Shown here: piece after piece, positions 1 through 8,538 of the stretch | Numbering within the stretch: the stretch's first letter is position 1 | How the letters are laid out: the number at the start of each line of letters is the position of its first letter | Origin: an uncultured Clostridia bacterium | Lineage (GTDB): Bacteria; Bacillota; Clostridia; Christensenellales; CAG-917 | Length of the DNA stretch: 64,000 nt | Assembly (NCBI GenBank): GCA_947382865.1 | Contig: CANDBF010000001.1 | Location: forward strand, 9,543 to 73,542 | Direction of reading: 5' to 3' | Notes under the pieces: model-generated | The model's database searches: none | What the model was told of the DNA's origin: nothing | What the model saw: the letters and a program-made list of their open reading frames with translations, nothing else | Program-made: the position numbers and the translations under genes

Positions 1-299
1 TCAACTGTTCAACATCAAACTGCGAGCACAATCTCAAAAATAAATGCCTTGCGGGAGTTATCTCGATAGGCGAAAACGCCAAATGCGTAAGCCGCATAAA
101 GAGAGAGGGCGGCGCGCTCGCCCAGAATTTCGCGGACGTAGAGGCGGGCAACGACGTATATGAAAACGACCTCGAATCTCTCGTGCAGTGCTCCGCGACC
201 GACTGCGCTTTCAACAACAGCGGTCTGTGCGCAAACGAGCAGATCGACGTGCGCGATACGGCGTTTTCCACAAAGTGCAAGACGTACGTGAAGAAATAA
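1..299 (+). CDS. DUF1540 domain protein, C-terminal part (5' end outside window)
   Basis: Frame 3 is open from the window edge to TAA at 297-299. It has no in-window start, so it is absent from the ORF track. The translation ...NCEHNLKNKCLAGVISIGENAKC...VQCSATDCAFNNSGLCANEQIDVRDTAFSTKCKTYVKK* shows two copies of the Cys-spaced motif I associate with DUF1540. Confidence 0.6.
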   Translation, partial: NCSTSNCEHNLKNKCLAGVISIGENAKCVSRIKREGGALAQNFADVEAGNDVYENDLESLVQCSATDCAFNNSGLCANEQIDVRDTAFSTKCKTYVKK

Positions 300-419
300 T
301 AGACAAGAAAAGCCACAAAATACTTTCATTCCGCAAAACAGGTCAAAACAATCCGAGCCAAAAGTGTTATTTTTTGAGAGCGTAGACGATTGCGCGAATA
401 ACATCGAGGTTGACGACGT

Positions 420-1526
420 ATGGATAATTTGCGGACTGCGAAGCGCATTCTCGGCAAAACGGAAATTATGATAGGACAGGAGCTGGTGCAGAATATCGTG
501 CCTACGCTCAACCACCGTTTCCCCGAGGGGGCGCTTTGTCTGATTTATGACAGGAACGTAACCGCGCTTGCGGACGACATAATCAGAGAATTGAAAAAGA
601 GTGGATACAGGGTTTTCGTTCAGGCGGTATCCTCATTGAGAAGCAAAAAGGATGACGACGAATGCGCGTGTCCCGAGTATGCAAGACATGTATTCGCGGT
701 GGGCGCGGGCACGGCGGCGGAGGCGGCGAAGCGGGTCGCAAGAGAGCTCGACGCGGAATGGACGCTGTTTCTGACCGCTCCGTCCACCGACACGATTATG
801 TGCAAATACCCGCCGAAACTGGTGTTTATCGATAGAAATGTCTTGATAAAATGTCCGTTTGAGTGTATAGCCGCGGGATACGGCATACTTTTGTCGCAGC
901 CTTTGCCTGCGTTTGAGAGCTTTTTTGCAAGCAAGGTGCTTGCAAAAAACTCGGAGGTTGCAACGCCTGCCGTCCAAATGAATGCGGACCTTGCTCAGCT
1001 GGCGTACGCGTTGCTTGAAATTTCTGTGAAGAGAGGACGGGACAGCGCGCAGATTATGTCGGAGATTATGTTTGCTTCGGCAATGCATAAGGGTGCGCGA
1101 CCGAGACTTCTCGGCGAATACAAATTTTTGTGCGCGGCGATGATAGCGGCGTTTTATTCCTCATATCTTGCGGCGCCGTCAATCGACGTCATTCCACCTG
1201 CATGCAGGGAAGTCGCCGCCGATAAAATCGACGGAATAGGTTATATCCCCAAACAGGTCAAAAGCGTTGACTTTTTCGACGTAAACGCGTATTTTAGAAT
1301 TAGTTACATTTTAGGTGAATACCGCACCGATTTGCTCGATAAGCTGGGTTCGATAGATTTCAGAACCGCGCAACGTTTCTGGCGCAGACTGTATCCCGAC
1401 GCGGGCTACTGGTTGAAGAGCGAAATCACCTGTCGCGACCTCTTTACGGGGCTGAAGCTCGCGGGCTCGCAAAGCGAAAACCTTTTGGGATTTGCGTACG
1501 CTTCGGGGGTGACGGACGGGTTTTAG
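420..1526 (+). CDS. Divergent iron-containing alcohol dehydrogenase / glycerol-1-phosphate dehydrogenase-like protein
   Basis: 368-aa ORF. GAGTAAEAAKRVA resembles the GGGSxxDxAK loop of the Fe-ADH/DHQS-like superfamily. Metal-binding His residues are not obvious and the start codon choice is uncertain. Confidence 0.4.
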   Translation: MDNLRTAKRILGKTEIMIGQELVQNIVPTLNHRFPEGALCLIYDRNVTALADDIIRELKKSGYRVFVQAVSSLRSKKDDDECACPEYARHVFAVGAGTAAEAAKRVARELDAEWTLFLTAPSTDTIMCKYPPKLVFIDRNVLIKCPFECIAAGYGILLSQPLPAFESFFASKVLAKNSEVATPAVQMNADLAQLAYALLEISVKRGRDSAQIMSEIMFASAMHKGARPRLLGEYKFLCAAMIAAFYSSYLAAPSIDVIPPACREVAADKIDGIGYIPKQVKSVDFFDVNAYFRISYILGEYRTDLLDKLGSIDFRTAQRFWRRLYPDAGYWLKSEITCRDLFTGLKLAGSQSENLLGFAYASGVTDGF

Positions 1527-1547
1527 TGCGGACCGCTAAGGAAGAGA

Positions 1548-2336
1548 ATGAAGAACATCAAGGACGTAGAACTGTTTGTATTCGACCTCGACGGCACGGT
1601 GTATATCGGCGACGAGGAGATAGAGGGCTCGTTTGAAGCCATAAACACTTTGAGAAAGCTCGGCAAACGAGTTTGTTTTTTTACCAATAACAGCTCCCGT
1701 ATGCATACGGATTATATCGCGAGGCTGAACAACCTCGGGCTCAGAACCTATTCCGACGAGATATACACCAGCGGACAGGTCACCTGCGAGCATATTCTTG
1801 ACAATTACCGCGGAAGCCGTGTGTATCTGCTGGGCAACGACAGGCTGCGCAGCGAGTTTGAGCTTTACGGCATAGATATCGTCGACGACAATCCCGATAT
1901 CTGCGTGCTCGGCTTCGATACCACGCTCACGTACGACAGGCTGTATAAATTCTGCTCCTATCTCAACAAAGGCTTGCCCTATATCGCGACGCATCCCGAT
2001 TATTTCTGTCCCGCGCCTGACTGTCCGATGCCCGACGTCGGCTCGTTTATCGAGATGATACGTCTGACCGTCGGAAGGACTCCGGATATTATTATGGGTA
2101 AGCCGCACAAGACGGCGGGGCAGAGGCTTGCAAGAAAATACAATCTTCCCGCAAAAAAGATAGCTATGGTCGGCGACAGGCTGTATACGGACGTGGCGTT
2201 CGGCAAAAACTGCGGCTTTGTGTCAATCCTTGTGCTGTCGGGCGAGACGTCGGCAGATATGCTGCCGTCCTCGAAGATAAAGCCCGATTACGTTTTTGAT
2301 AAGGTAAAAGACATTATTACCGAATTGCAGAATTAG
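1548..2336 (+). CDS. HAD-IIA family hydrolase (NagD-like sugar phosphatase)
   Basis: FVFDLDGTVY (DxDGT motif I), FFTNNSSR, GKP, and MVGDRLYTDV (GDxxxTD motif IV). The 262-aa length is typical of the HAD-IIA subfamily. Confidence 0.85.
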   Translation: MKNIKDVELFVFDLDGTVYIGDEEIEGSFEAINTLRKLGKRVCFFTNNSSRMHTDYIARLNNLGLRTYSDEIYTSGQVTCEHILDNYRGSRVYLLGNDRLRSEFELYGIDIVDDNPDICVLGFDTTLTYDRLYKFCSYLNKGLPYIATHPDYFCPAPDCPMPDVGSFIEMIRLTVGRTPDIIMGKPHKTAGQRLARKYNLPAKKIAMVGDRLYTDVAFGKNCGFVSILVLSGETSADMLPSSKIKPDYVFDKVKDIITELQN

Positions 2337-2466
2337 CGCAAAAACTCCGATAAATTATAATCTTCGATAATTTTCAATAAAAAACATGCAAAAAGACGAC
2401 CGCACCGCAGTCGCCTTTTTGATAAGGGGGAGATTATATTTGTCTGTTGTATTAAGGTTTATTTGC

Positions 2467-3120
2467 TCACTTTTCGTCGAGAACGAGGACATCGAGAGGA
2501 TTGATTTGCTCGCCGTTCTTCAACACCTCGAAGTGCAGGTGCGCGCCTTCAACCGATTCGGTGCCTTTGGTCGCCGCCATCTTGCCGATAAGCTGTCCCT
2601 GCTTCACCTTTGCGCCTGCTTTGAGGGTAGACTCCGATTCGAGCGACATATACTTTGTGATATAGCCCTCCTCGTGCTCGATTACGATATAGTTGCCGTC
2701 GAGCTTGTCGTATCCGACTTCCTTGATAGTTCCGTCCGCCGAAGCGTACACGTTCATATCCGTGGACTTGAAATCGATTCCGCAGTGGGTTTCAAAGGAG
2801 CCCATACTTCCGTTCCAGACGATTTTAGAATCGTTGTATTCCGCCGAAATAGTGCCGTTGCAGGGAGTGATGAAAGTCAGTTTTTGTACAATGGGCGGAT
2901 TTTCGGTGTCGGGCTTGTTGTTGTCGGGCTCGGGGTTGATGACCGTGCTGTTGTTATCGTCGTCGTTGTTCATTCCCGTGTCGGGAACGTTAGAGTTGTG
3001 AGTGACCGCAAGGGCGATGACCGTCGCAACCGATGCTATGCAGAGAATAATCAAAAAATAGAATGCGTTGCGTTTCATAAAACCGCCGAAGCGCTTTGCT
3101 GCAACTGTGAATTTGCTCAT
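2467..3120 (-). CDS. Membrane-anchored M23/LytM family metallopeptidase
   Basis: N-terminal TM segment FYFLIILCIASVATVIALAV. HCGID (HxxxD) and GAHLHFEV (HxH) are the M23 zinc motifs. GNYIVIEHEEGYITKYMSL is typical of the LytM core. Confidence 0.85.
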   Translation of the reverse strand: MSKFTVAAKRFGGFMKRNAFYFLIILCIASVATVIALAVTHNSNVPDTGMNNDDDNNSTVINPEPDNNKPDTENPPIVQKLTFITPCNGTISAEYNDSKIVWNGSMGSFETHCGIDFKSTDMNVYASADGTIKEVGYDKLDGNYIVIEHEEGYITKYMSLESESTLKAGAKVKQGQLIGKMAATKGTESVEGAHLHFEVLKNGEQINPLDVLVLDEK

Positions 3121-3282
3121 GTTCGTACCTCCAAGATGAAATGAGTATTGACGGGAAATTCGGGGTTTATACGTGTAAAAATAAATTCTTTGAAATTTTT
3201 GAAAGCCTCAGTCTAATTTGTAATTTGTCGGTTTTCGTCGAAAGCGTTTGACGGTGTAAAATTTGTTAATTATAATAAAAAT

Positions 3283-4806
3283 ATGTATTTTGATATAGAA
3301 CAGTCGATGTACGATTTTATGCGTACTTATCATAAGAAGGGCGACACTCTTGCGGTCGCGCGCGCAAACGGCAGAATGAATTTTCCGCGCTTTTTCCGCG
3401 AGGTGGACAGAGTTGCGGCAGGGCTTTACAGGCTGGGAGTGCGCAGGGGTTCGGTGGTTATGATTGCTCTGCCGAACATAATCCAGAGCGTCGTCGCAAC
3501 GTATGCGGCGTCGAGACTGGGTGCGATAGCTTCTATGATACACCCGCTGCTGTCGGGAGACGAGTTTGAATCTGCCGTAAAAAAACAGCGCCCCGAGATT
3601 GTCTTTCTTTCCGACGTAAACGCCAAAACCTTTTGGGGAAGATGTCACGGCGCGAAGCGCATATTCTGTTCCTATCTAAGTTATGGATATATCGGATTGC
3701 CTCGGGCTGAGGATTTCGAGGCGCACAAAGGCGACGGAACGGAGCCCGCACTCTACATGCGCTCGGGAGGCACCTCCGGCGAGCCTAAGACGGTCGTGCT
3801 TTCCTCGCGCGCAGCAAACTCTATGGCGGGAAATCTGCTCAACTATCTCGACGACAAATTTGACGAAAACAACAGAATGCTGGTGGTTTTGCCTATGTTT
3901 CACGGCTTCGGTCTGTGCGTGGGCGTGCACGCGTCCCTGTGCGCGAATATGTCCGTCATACTTCAACCGCGTTTCAACATCAAAAAGACTACGCGACTTA
4001 TTGCCGAATATAAGGTCACCACTATGCTGGCAGTCCCGCGCATGATAGCGAAGCTGCTTTCATCCGATAAGTTTTCGGGCGAGAGCATAAAGAGCTTGCA
4101 GGACGTATACGTAGGCGGCGACAGCGTAAGCGACGCGCTTGTGGACGGTTTTGCAAAAAGAATGAAGGAGTGCGGAGGAAAAGGCGTGCTTTCGCCGGGG
4201 TACGGGCTTACCGAAACCGTGACCGTGTGCACTCTGGCAAAAATCGGAGATTTTACGCAGGGCACCGTCGGTACTCCAATCAACGGAATTGAAGCGCGCA
4301 TAGTCGGAGACGGCTTGGAGGAGCTGCCCGTAGGCGAGGTCGGAGAGCTGCTTATCTTCGGGGATCAGCTTATGGAGGGTTATCTCGAAGACGATGAGAA
4401 GACGTCTGGCGCGTTTGAATTTATAGACGGGAAAAAGTACGTGCGTACGGGCGATTTGTTCAGAAAAGACGCGCAGGGTAGGCTGTACTTCCTCGGCAGG
4501 AAAAAGAGACTTATAAAAATTTCGGGCATAAACGTGTTTCCCTCCGAAATCGAGAGCGTCGCAAGGGAGCTGGATTTCGTTTCCGAATGTGCCGCCGTAG
4601 AGTATCGGATCGGGGAGAAGCCGTATATCAGACTGCTTGTAGAGGGCGAAATAAACGCCGCGAAAAAGAAAGAGATAATCGCGCATATATCCCGCCGTAT
4701 GTCGCACTGGAATGTTCCAAACGAGGTAGTGTGCGTAAAGGAGTTCCCGAGGACGAATATGAGCAAAATCGATATAAAAAAATTGCAGGAGCAATTCGGC
4801 GAATAG
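3283..4806 (+). CDS. AMP-dependent synthetase/ligase (fatty-acid--CoA ligase-like)
   Basis: YMRSGGTSGEPKTV (AMP-binding motif), GYGLTET, and GDLFRKDAQGRLYFLGRKKRLIK. The protein is 507 aa. Confidence 0.85.
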   Translation: MYFDIEQSMYDFMRTYHKKGDTLAVARANGRMNFPRFFREVDRVAAGLYRLGVRRGSVVMIALPNIIQSVVATYAASRLGAIASMIHPLLSGDEFESAVKKQRPEIVFLSDVNAKTFWGRCHGAKRIFCSYLSYGYIGLPRAEDFEAHKGDGTEPALYMRSGGTSGEPKTVVLSSRAANSMAGNLLNYLDDKFDENNRMLVVLPMFHGFGLCVGVHASLCANMSVILQPRFNIKKTTRLIAEYKVTTMLAVPRMIAKLLSSDKFSGESIKSLQDVYVGGDSVSDALVDGFAKRMKECGGKGVLSPGYGLTETVTVCTLAKIGDFTQGTVGTPINGIEARIVGDGLEELPVGEVGELLIFGDQLMEGYLEDDEKTSGAFEFIDGKKYVRTGDLFRKDAQGRLYFLGRKKRLIKISGINVFPSEIESVARELDFVSECAAVEYRIGEKPYIRLLVEGEINAAKKKEIIAHISRRMSHWNVPNEVVCVKEFPRTNMSKIDIKKLQEQFGE

Positions 4807-5050
4807 GGCGGAGGAACGCGTGGCAGCTCGGCATTTCATTTTTAGTTTTATCGGATTTCCCAATACTCTCTAAGAGATTATAAATAAGGAAATTATCGGA
4901 TAATTGCCTTAAATGGATATATGCTTTAATCTTCATGCGGACATATCGCGTTATCGGCATATGCGTATATGTGCATTCGTTATAAAACAGGCATATATGT
5001 CGGTATGCGAATATGTCCTCTGCCGCATACGCCGAATTTCGGATTCAGAC

Positions 5051-5091
5051 AAAAACCGCATACAATCAGTCGGGATTGTATGCGGTTTTTT
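5051..5091. terminator. Bidirectional intrinsic terminator
   Basis: AAAAACCGCATACAATC-agtcgg-GATTGTATGCGGTTTTT forms a 17-bp perfect stem flanked by an A-run and a T-run. It lies between the convergent ligase gene (+) and spoVG (-). Confidence 0.8.
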
Positions 5092-5201
5092 ATATCAAAA
5101 TTTATGCGGAAAATATATATTTGCAATCAAACACCAAGCCGTCTGAGCAATCATTCGGTTGAGAGCAGACGGTTTGATGAGACAGCAACGGGGGAAAGAA
5201 C

Positions 5202-5480
5202 TCAGATTTCGGCGCTTTCTGTCAAACTGCGCTTATAAGCGTCGAGTATCGTGTCGCGCATAAGCTCGCGGGTGGCGGTGTTGATGGGATGCGCGATATC
5301 CTTGAAATCGCCGTTCGGAGTCTTTCTCGAAGGCATTGCGATAAACTCGCCGTCCACTCCCTCGATAATCTTGATGTCGTGCACCGCAAGGCAGTCGTCG
5401 ACGATGATGGAGGCTACTGCTTTGAGCTTGCTGTTTTCAGCGTTTACGGTACGGATTTTTACGTCGGTGATTGTAATCAT
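5202..5480 (-). CDS. spoVG: Septation/sporulation regulator SpoVG
   Basis: MITITDVKIRTVNAENSKLKAVASIIVDDCLAVHDIKIIEG...FIAMPSRKTPNGDFKDIAHPIN is a canonical SpoVG sequence. I chose the ATG at 5480 because a GGAGG sits about 8 nt upstream. The ORF track extends to 5519. Confidence 0.9.
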   Translation of the reverse strand: MITITDVKIRTVNAENSKLKAVASIIVDDCLAVHDIKIIEGVDGEFIAMPSRKTPNGDFKDIAHPINTATRELMRDTILDAYKRSLTESAEI

Positions 5481-5674
5481 ATTTCCGACCTCCAAATGGT
5501 TATGTACACAGCGTACCATATTATTGTGTGCATTTCAAGACCGAATTTTACAAACGGATATAAAACAGTTTGTAAATTATCGTATTTTGATGATTTTATG
5601 ACCTGATTTTTTTCGGGATCTATCCTCGCGGCATTTATTATGACATTTTAGGCATTCCGTTCATATAGTGGCGT

Positions 5675-7018
5675 ATGATTTGCATAAAAGGTAAAAAAAT
5701 CCATTTTATCGGCGCGGGCGGAATGGGAGTCGCCGCTCTTGCAAAATTCTCAATAGGCGGCGGCGCGACGGTGAGCGGAAGCGACGCGAAGTGCGAAGGA
5801 CTTTGCGGCGAATTGAACCGTATGGGCGCGCGTATATACGAGGGCGAAAATCCCGACGCGGTGAACGGCTCGAACATCGTCGTCTATTCTTCCGCAATAA
5901 AGGAAGGCCATCCCGAGCTTGCACGCGCACGTGAGCTAGGCATTCGTATAATGGAAAGACAGGAATTTCTGCACGCGGTTGCGAGCGGATTCCCCGAAAT
6001 CGTGGGAATTGCGGGCACGCACGGCAAAACGACTACAACCGCTATGCTTGCGCATATTTTTCACGTTTTCGGACTCGGATTTGTCGCTATGATAGGCGGC
6101 GACAGTGTGGAATTCGGAAATTATGTCAATAATTGCAAGGGTGATTCGGACGACATATTCCTTACGGAAGCGTGCGAGTACAAGCGCAACTTTTTGTCGT
6201 TGAAGCCGACGGTCGCGGTTGTCACAAACGTGGAGTGCGACCATCCCGACAGCTATGACAGCTTCGATAGCGTGCGCGCGGCGTTCGACGAGTATCTGTC
6301 GGGAGCAAGGGTCAGAATCTATTATGACGACGGGCACGAAAAGGGCGAGCGCGACATAATCGCGGAAACCTCCTTCGAGCGTGCGACGTATAAGGTTAGG
6401 GCTTCAAAGGAGGATTGCAAAATTTTGCTCGGTGAAAACCTAATCTGCGATTTTTCGTTTGCGGACGGCTGCGAGTACAATTATGCAAACGCCGCGCTTG
6501 CAGCGGTCACGGCTTCGGTGTTCGGAGTAAAAATAGCAGACGCGGTTGAAGCGCTCAAAACTTTCCGCGGAGTCAAACGGCGTTTCGAGCGAGCGGGAAA
6601 TATAAGCGGCGCGCCCGTAGTTTTCGATTTTGCGCATCATCCGACGGAAATCGGATGCGTGCTTGAAAGGGCGGCGGCGTACGGGAAAATACTCGCGGTT
6701 TTTCAACCGCATACGTATTCGCGCACAAAGGCGTACTTCGATGATTTTGTGAACGTCTTCGGAAACGACCCGCATATCGGAGACCTGATAATCATTCCGA
6801 CTTACGCCGCAAGAGAAAAATACGATCCCGACAACGATTACGACGCGCTTGCAGAGCGTATAAAAGAAAAGTTCGGCAAAAATAATACGTACGCGATGAA
6901 AGCGGACGACGCCGTAAGTTTTGTAAGGAATAATGCGCAGGGATACGGCATAATACTGTTCATAGGAGCGGGAGATATCTACAACCTTAAATCGAAAATT
7001 GTCGAAAACAATGGTTAA
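5675..7018 (+). CDS. murC: UDP-N-acetylmuramate--L-alanine ligase
   Basis: IHFIGAGGMGVAALA (N-terminal Rossmann fold), GIAGTHGKTTTTAMLAHIF (Mur ligase P-loop), and FQPHTYSRT. The protein is 447 aa. Confidence 0.9.
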   Translation: MICIKGKKIHFIGAGGMGVAALAKFSIGGGATVSGSDAKCEGLCGELNRMGARIYEGENPDAVNGSNIVVYSSAIKEGHPELARARELGIRIMERQEFLHAVASGFPEIVGIAGTHGKTTTTAMLAHIFHVFGLGFVAMIGGDSVEFGNYVNNCKGDSDDIFLTEACEYKRNFLSLKPTVAVVTNVECDHPDSYDSFDSVRAAFDEYLSGARVRIYYDDGHEKGERDIIAETSFERATYKVRASKEDCKILLGENLICDFSFADGCEYNYANAALAAVTASVFGVKIADAVEALKTFRGVKRRFERAGNISGAPVVFDFAHHPTEIGCVLERAAAYGKILAVFQPHTYSRTKAYFDDFVNVFGNDPHIGDLIIIPTYAAREKYDPDNDYDALAERIKEKFGKNNTYAMKADDAVSFVRNNAQGYGIILFIGAGDIYNLKSKIVENNG

Positions 7019-7130
7019 TCAACATAAACTGCCGTTTTAAGTCGCGAATGTGCAAATATATATGCAAATATGCGCATATGTAAATATGAGCAAAACGTAA
7101 AATAAGAATAGAAACGAAAGCAATTATGAC

Positions 7131-7182
7131 AATATGCGCAAGGGTTAAAACGAGAATTCTCATATTAAACCTTGCGCATATT
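7131..7182. repeat. 52-bp near-perfect palindrome centred on GAATTC
   Basis: AATATGCGCAAGG (7131-7143) is the exact reverse complement of 7170-7182. Inner matching blocks are TTAA and GAGAA/TTCTC. It lies between convergent murC and the DUF4363 gene, and no U-tract follows. Confidence 0.7.
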
Positions 7183-7277
7183 CGTACGTCTTAATTCGGG
7201 AACGGTTTGCTCTACAATATTCGTATTGTCTCCGTTTTTTCGACGAGACAGTCCGGATAGGGCTAAGTCGTATCTCC

Positions 7278-7655
7278 TTATATTATGTCGGCGAGGTTGA
7301 AGTCGAGAATGTTGTGGATGTTCTGCGACATAATCTGCAAGGAGCGTATTTTTGAGAGCGCGTTGTCGTAATCCCCGCATTCGAGCGAGCCGACCGTCTC
7401 CCCGACTGCGACTGAAAAGCCGCGTATATCGGGCGAGTACATGAAAAGCTCCGCGCATTTTCTTTCCTTTTCCCACCAGCCTTGAAGGTCTTTCGCCTGC
7501 CCCAGCGCCGCTTCGTCCTGCGCTATTATGCTGTGTTCCAGCTCGGAAAGCCTGCCGTCCAGATTTGCGAATACCTTGTCTACGTAAACGTTTTCGAGTA
7601 TTCCCGCGGTCAGAATAATCACGAGTATAACGATTGCGACTATGACTTTTTTCAT
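7278..7655 (-). CDS. DUF4363 family protein
   Basis: 125 aa with an N-terminal TM anchor. The sequence has ...LGQAKDLQGWWEKERKCAELFMYSPDIRGF... and the gene sits immediately downstream of, and overlapping, a DUF421 gene. That is the usual pairing. Confidence 0.65.
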   Translation of the reverse strand: MKKVIVAIVILVIILTAGILENVYVDKVFANLDGRLSELEHSIIAQDEAALGQAKDLQGWWEKERKCAELFMYSPDIRGFSVAVGETVGSLECGDYDNALSKIRSLQIMSQNIHNILDFNLADII

Positions 7656-8488
7656 TCGTCCACCCCGTCTGATTGCGCCTTAGCGCCCTTGCTGTCGTTT
7701 ATGATTATGCCTTCGTCCGATTCGGATTTATCGTCCTTGCTCATTTCGGCGCGTTCGTCGTGTACGGATACGGTCGTTTCCGCGCTGTCGTCGCTGTCGA
7801 GCTGCGCTGTTATGAAGTCGCCCTTGTAGGGTTGCAGATATACGTCCTCTCCCGATACCAGAAGCACCAACACGTCCTCCTGTTTGACGTTAATATTGTC
7901 GAGCAGGGTGAGCACGCGCTCCTTTATCGTGCCGTCGAGCTGTGCGACGTTTTCTCCGACAAATTCGCCCTCCATAATCACCGATACGGGAATAGAAGCG
8001 GGCGGGAGCTGTAATCCGAGATCCTCGGGAGAAAGCGGTTTATTTTGCGACTTGGGAAGAACAGTAAGGCTTCCGTTGGTTTCGAGTATGGCGTATTCTA
8101 CCTCGGAGGGATTGAAATAGCCGCTTCCCCTAAGCGCCTCCATAATATCGTCGATATTCATATTCAGCTCTTTCATAACGTCGGGAAGAATGTTGCCTTT
8201 CTCGATGAGTATGACGGGCTTACCGTTGAGAAATTTCCTGAAACGCAGGCTCTTCGTAGCGAGCTTGGTTATGATGATATGCACGAGGAAGAGGGAGAAA
8301 ACGGGAATTATTCCGTATATAATAGGGATTGTCGCGTCGCCCATCGGGATGCACACGAGCTCGCTTGCGACAAGCGTTATGGCGAGCTCGAAGGGTTGAA
8401 GCTCGCCGAGCTGCCGCTTGCCCATAAGTCTCATTGCAAGCAATAAGAAAAAATACAATACCAGACACCTTATGAATAAATTCAGCAT
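7652..8488 (-). CDS. DUF421 (YetF/YdfS-like) membrane protein with acidic C-terminal tail
   Basis: LAMRLMGKRQLGELQPFELAITLV and the following TM region are typical of the DUF421 N-terminus. It carries about 50 extra acidic C-terminal residues (DSDDSAETTVSVHDERAEMSKDDKSESDEG...). Confidence 0.7.
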   Translation of the reverse strand: MLNLFIRCLVLYFFLLLAMRLMGKRQLGELQPFELAITLVASELVCIPMGDATIPIIYGIIPVFSLFLVHIIITKLATKSLRFRKFLNGKPVILIEKGNILPDVMKELNMNIDDIMEALRGSGYFNPSEVEYAILETNGSLTVLPKSQNKPLSPEDLGLQLPPASIPVSVIMEGEFVGENVAQLDGTIKERVLTLLDNINVKQEDVLVLLVSGEDVYLQPYKGDFITAQLDSDDSAETTVSVHDERAEMSKDDKSESDEGIIINDSKGAKAQSDGVDE

Positions 8489-8538
8489 ACCGATATTGTG
8501 TTTTTACTTTACTTTTTTATGCGCCTACGCGCGTAAAA

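Noticed and set aside
15-515. 166-aa minus-strand ORF at the left edge of the window.
   Set aside because: It is antisense to the frame that encodes a clear DUF1540 C-terminus (1-299, plus strand). It has no recognisable motif and is treated as a shadow ORF.
7165-7476. 103-aa minus-strand ORF overlapping the 52-bp palindrome and the 3' part of the DUF4363 gene.
   Set aside because: It overlaps a better-supported gene in another frame. It is Arg-rich and has no start-site signals.
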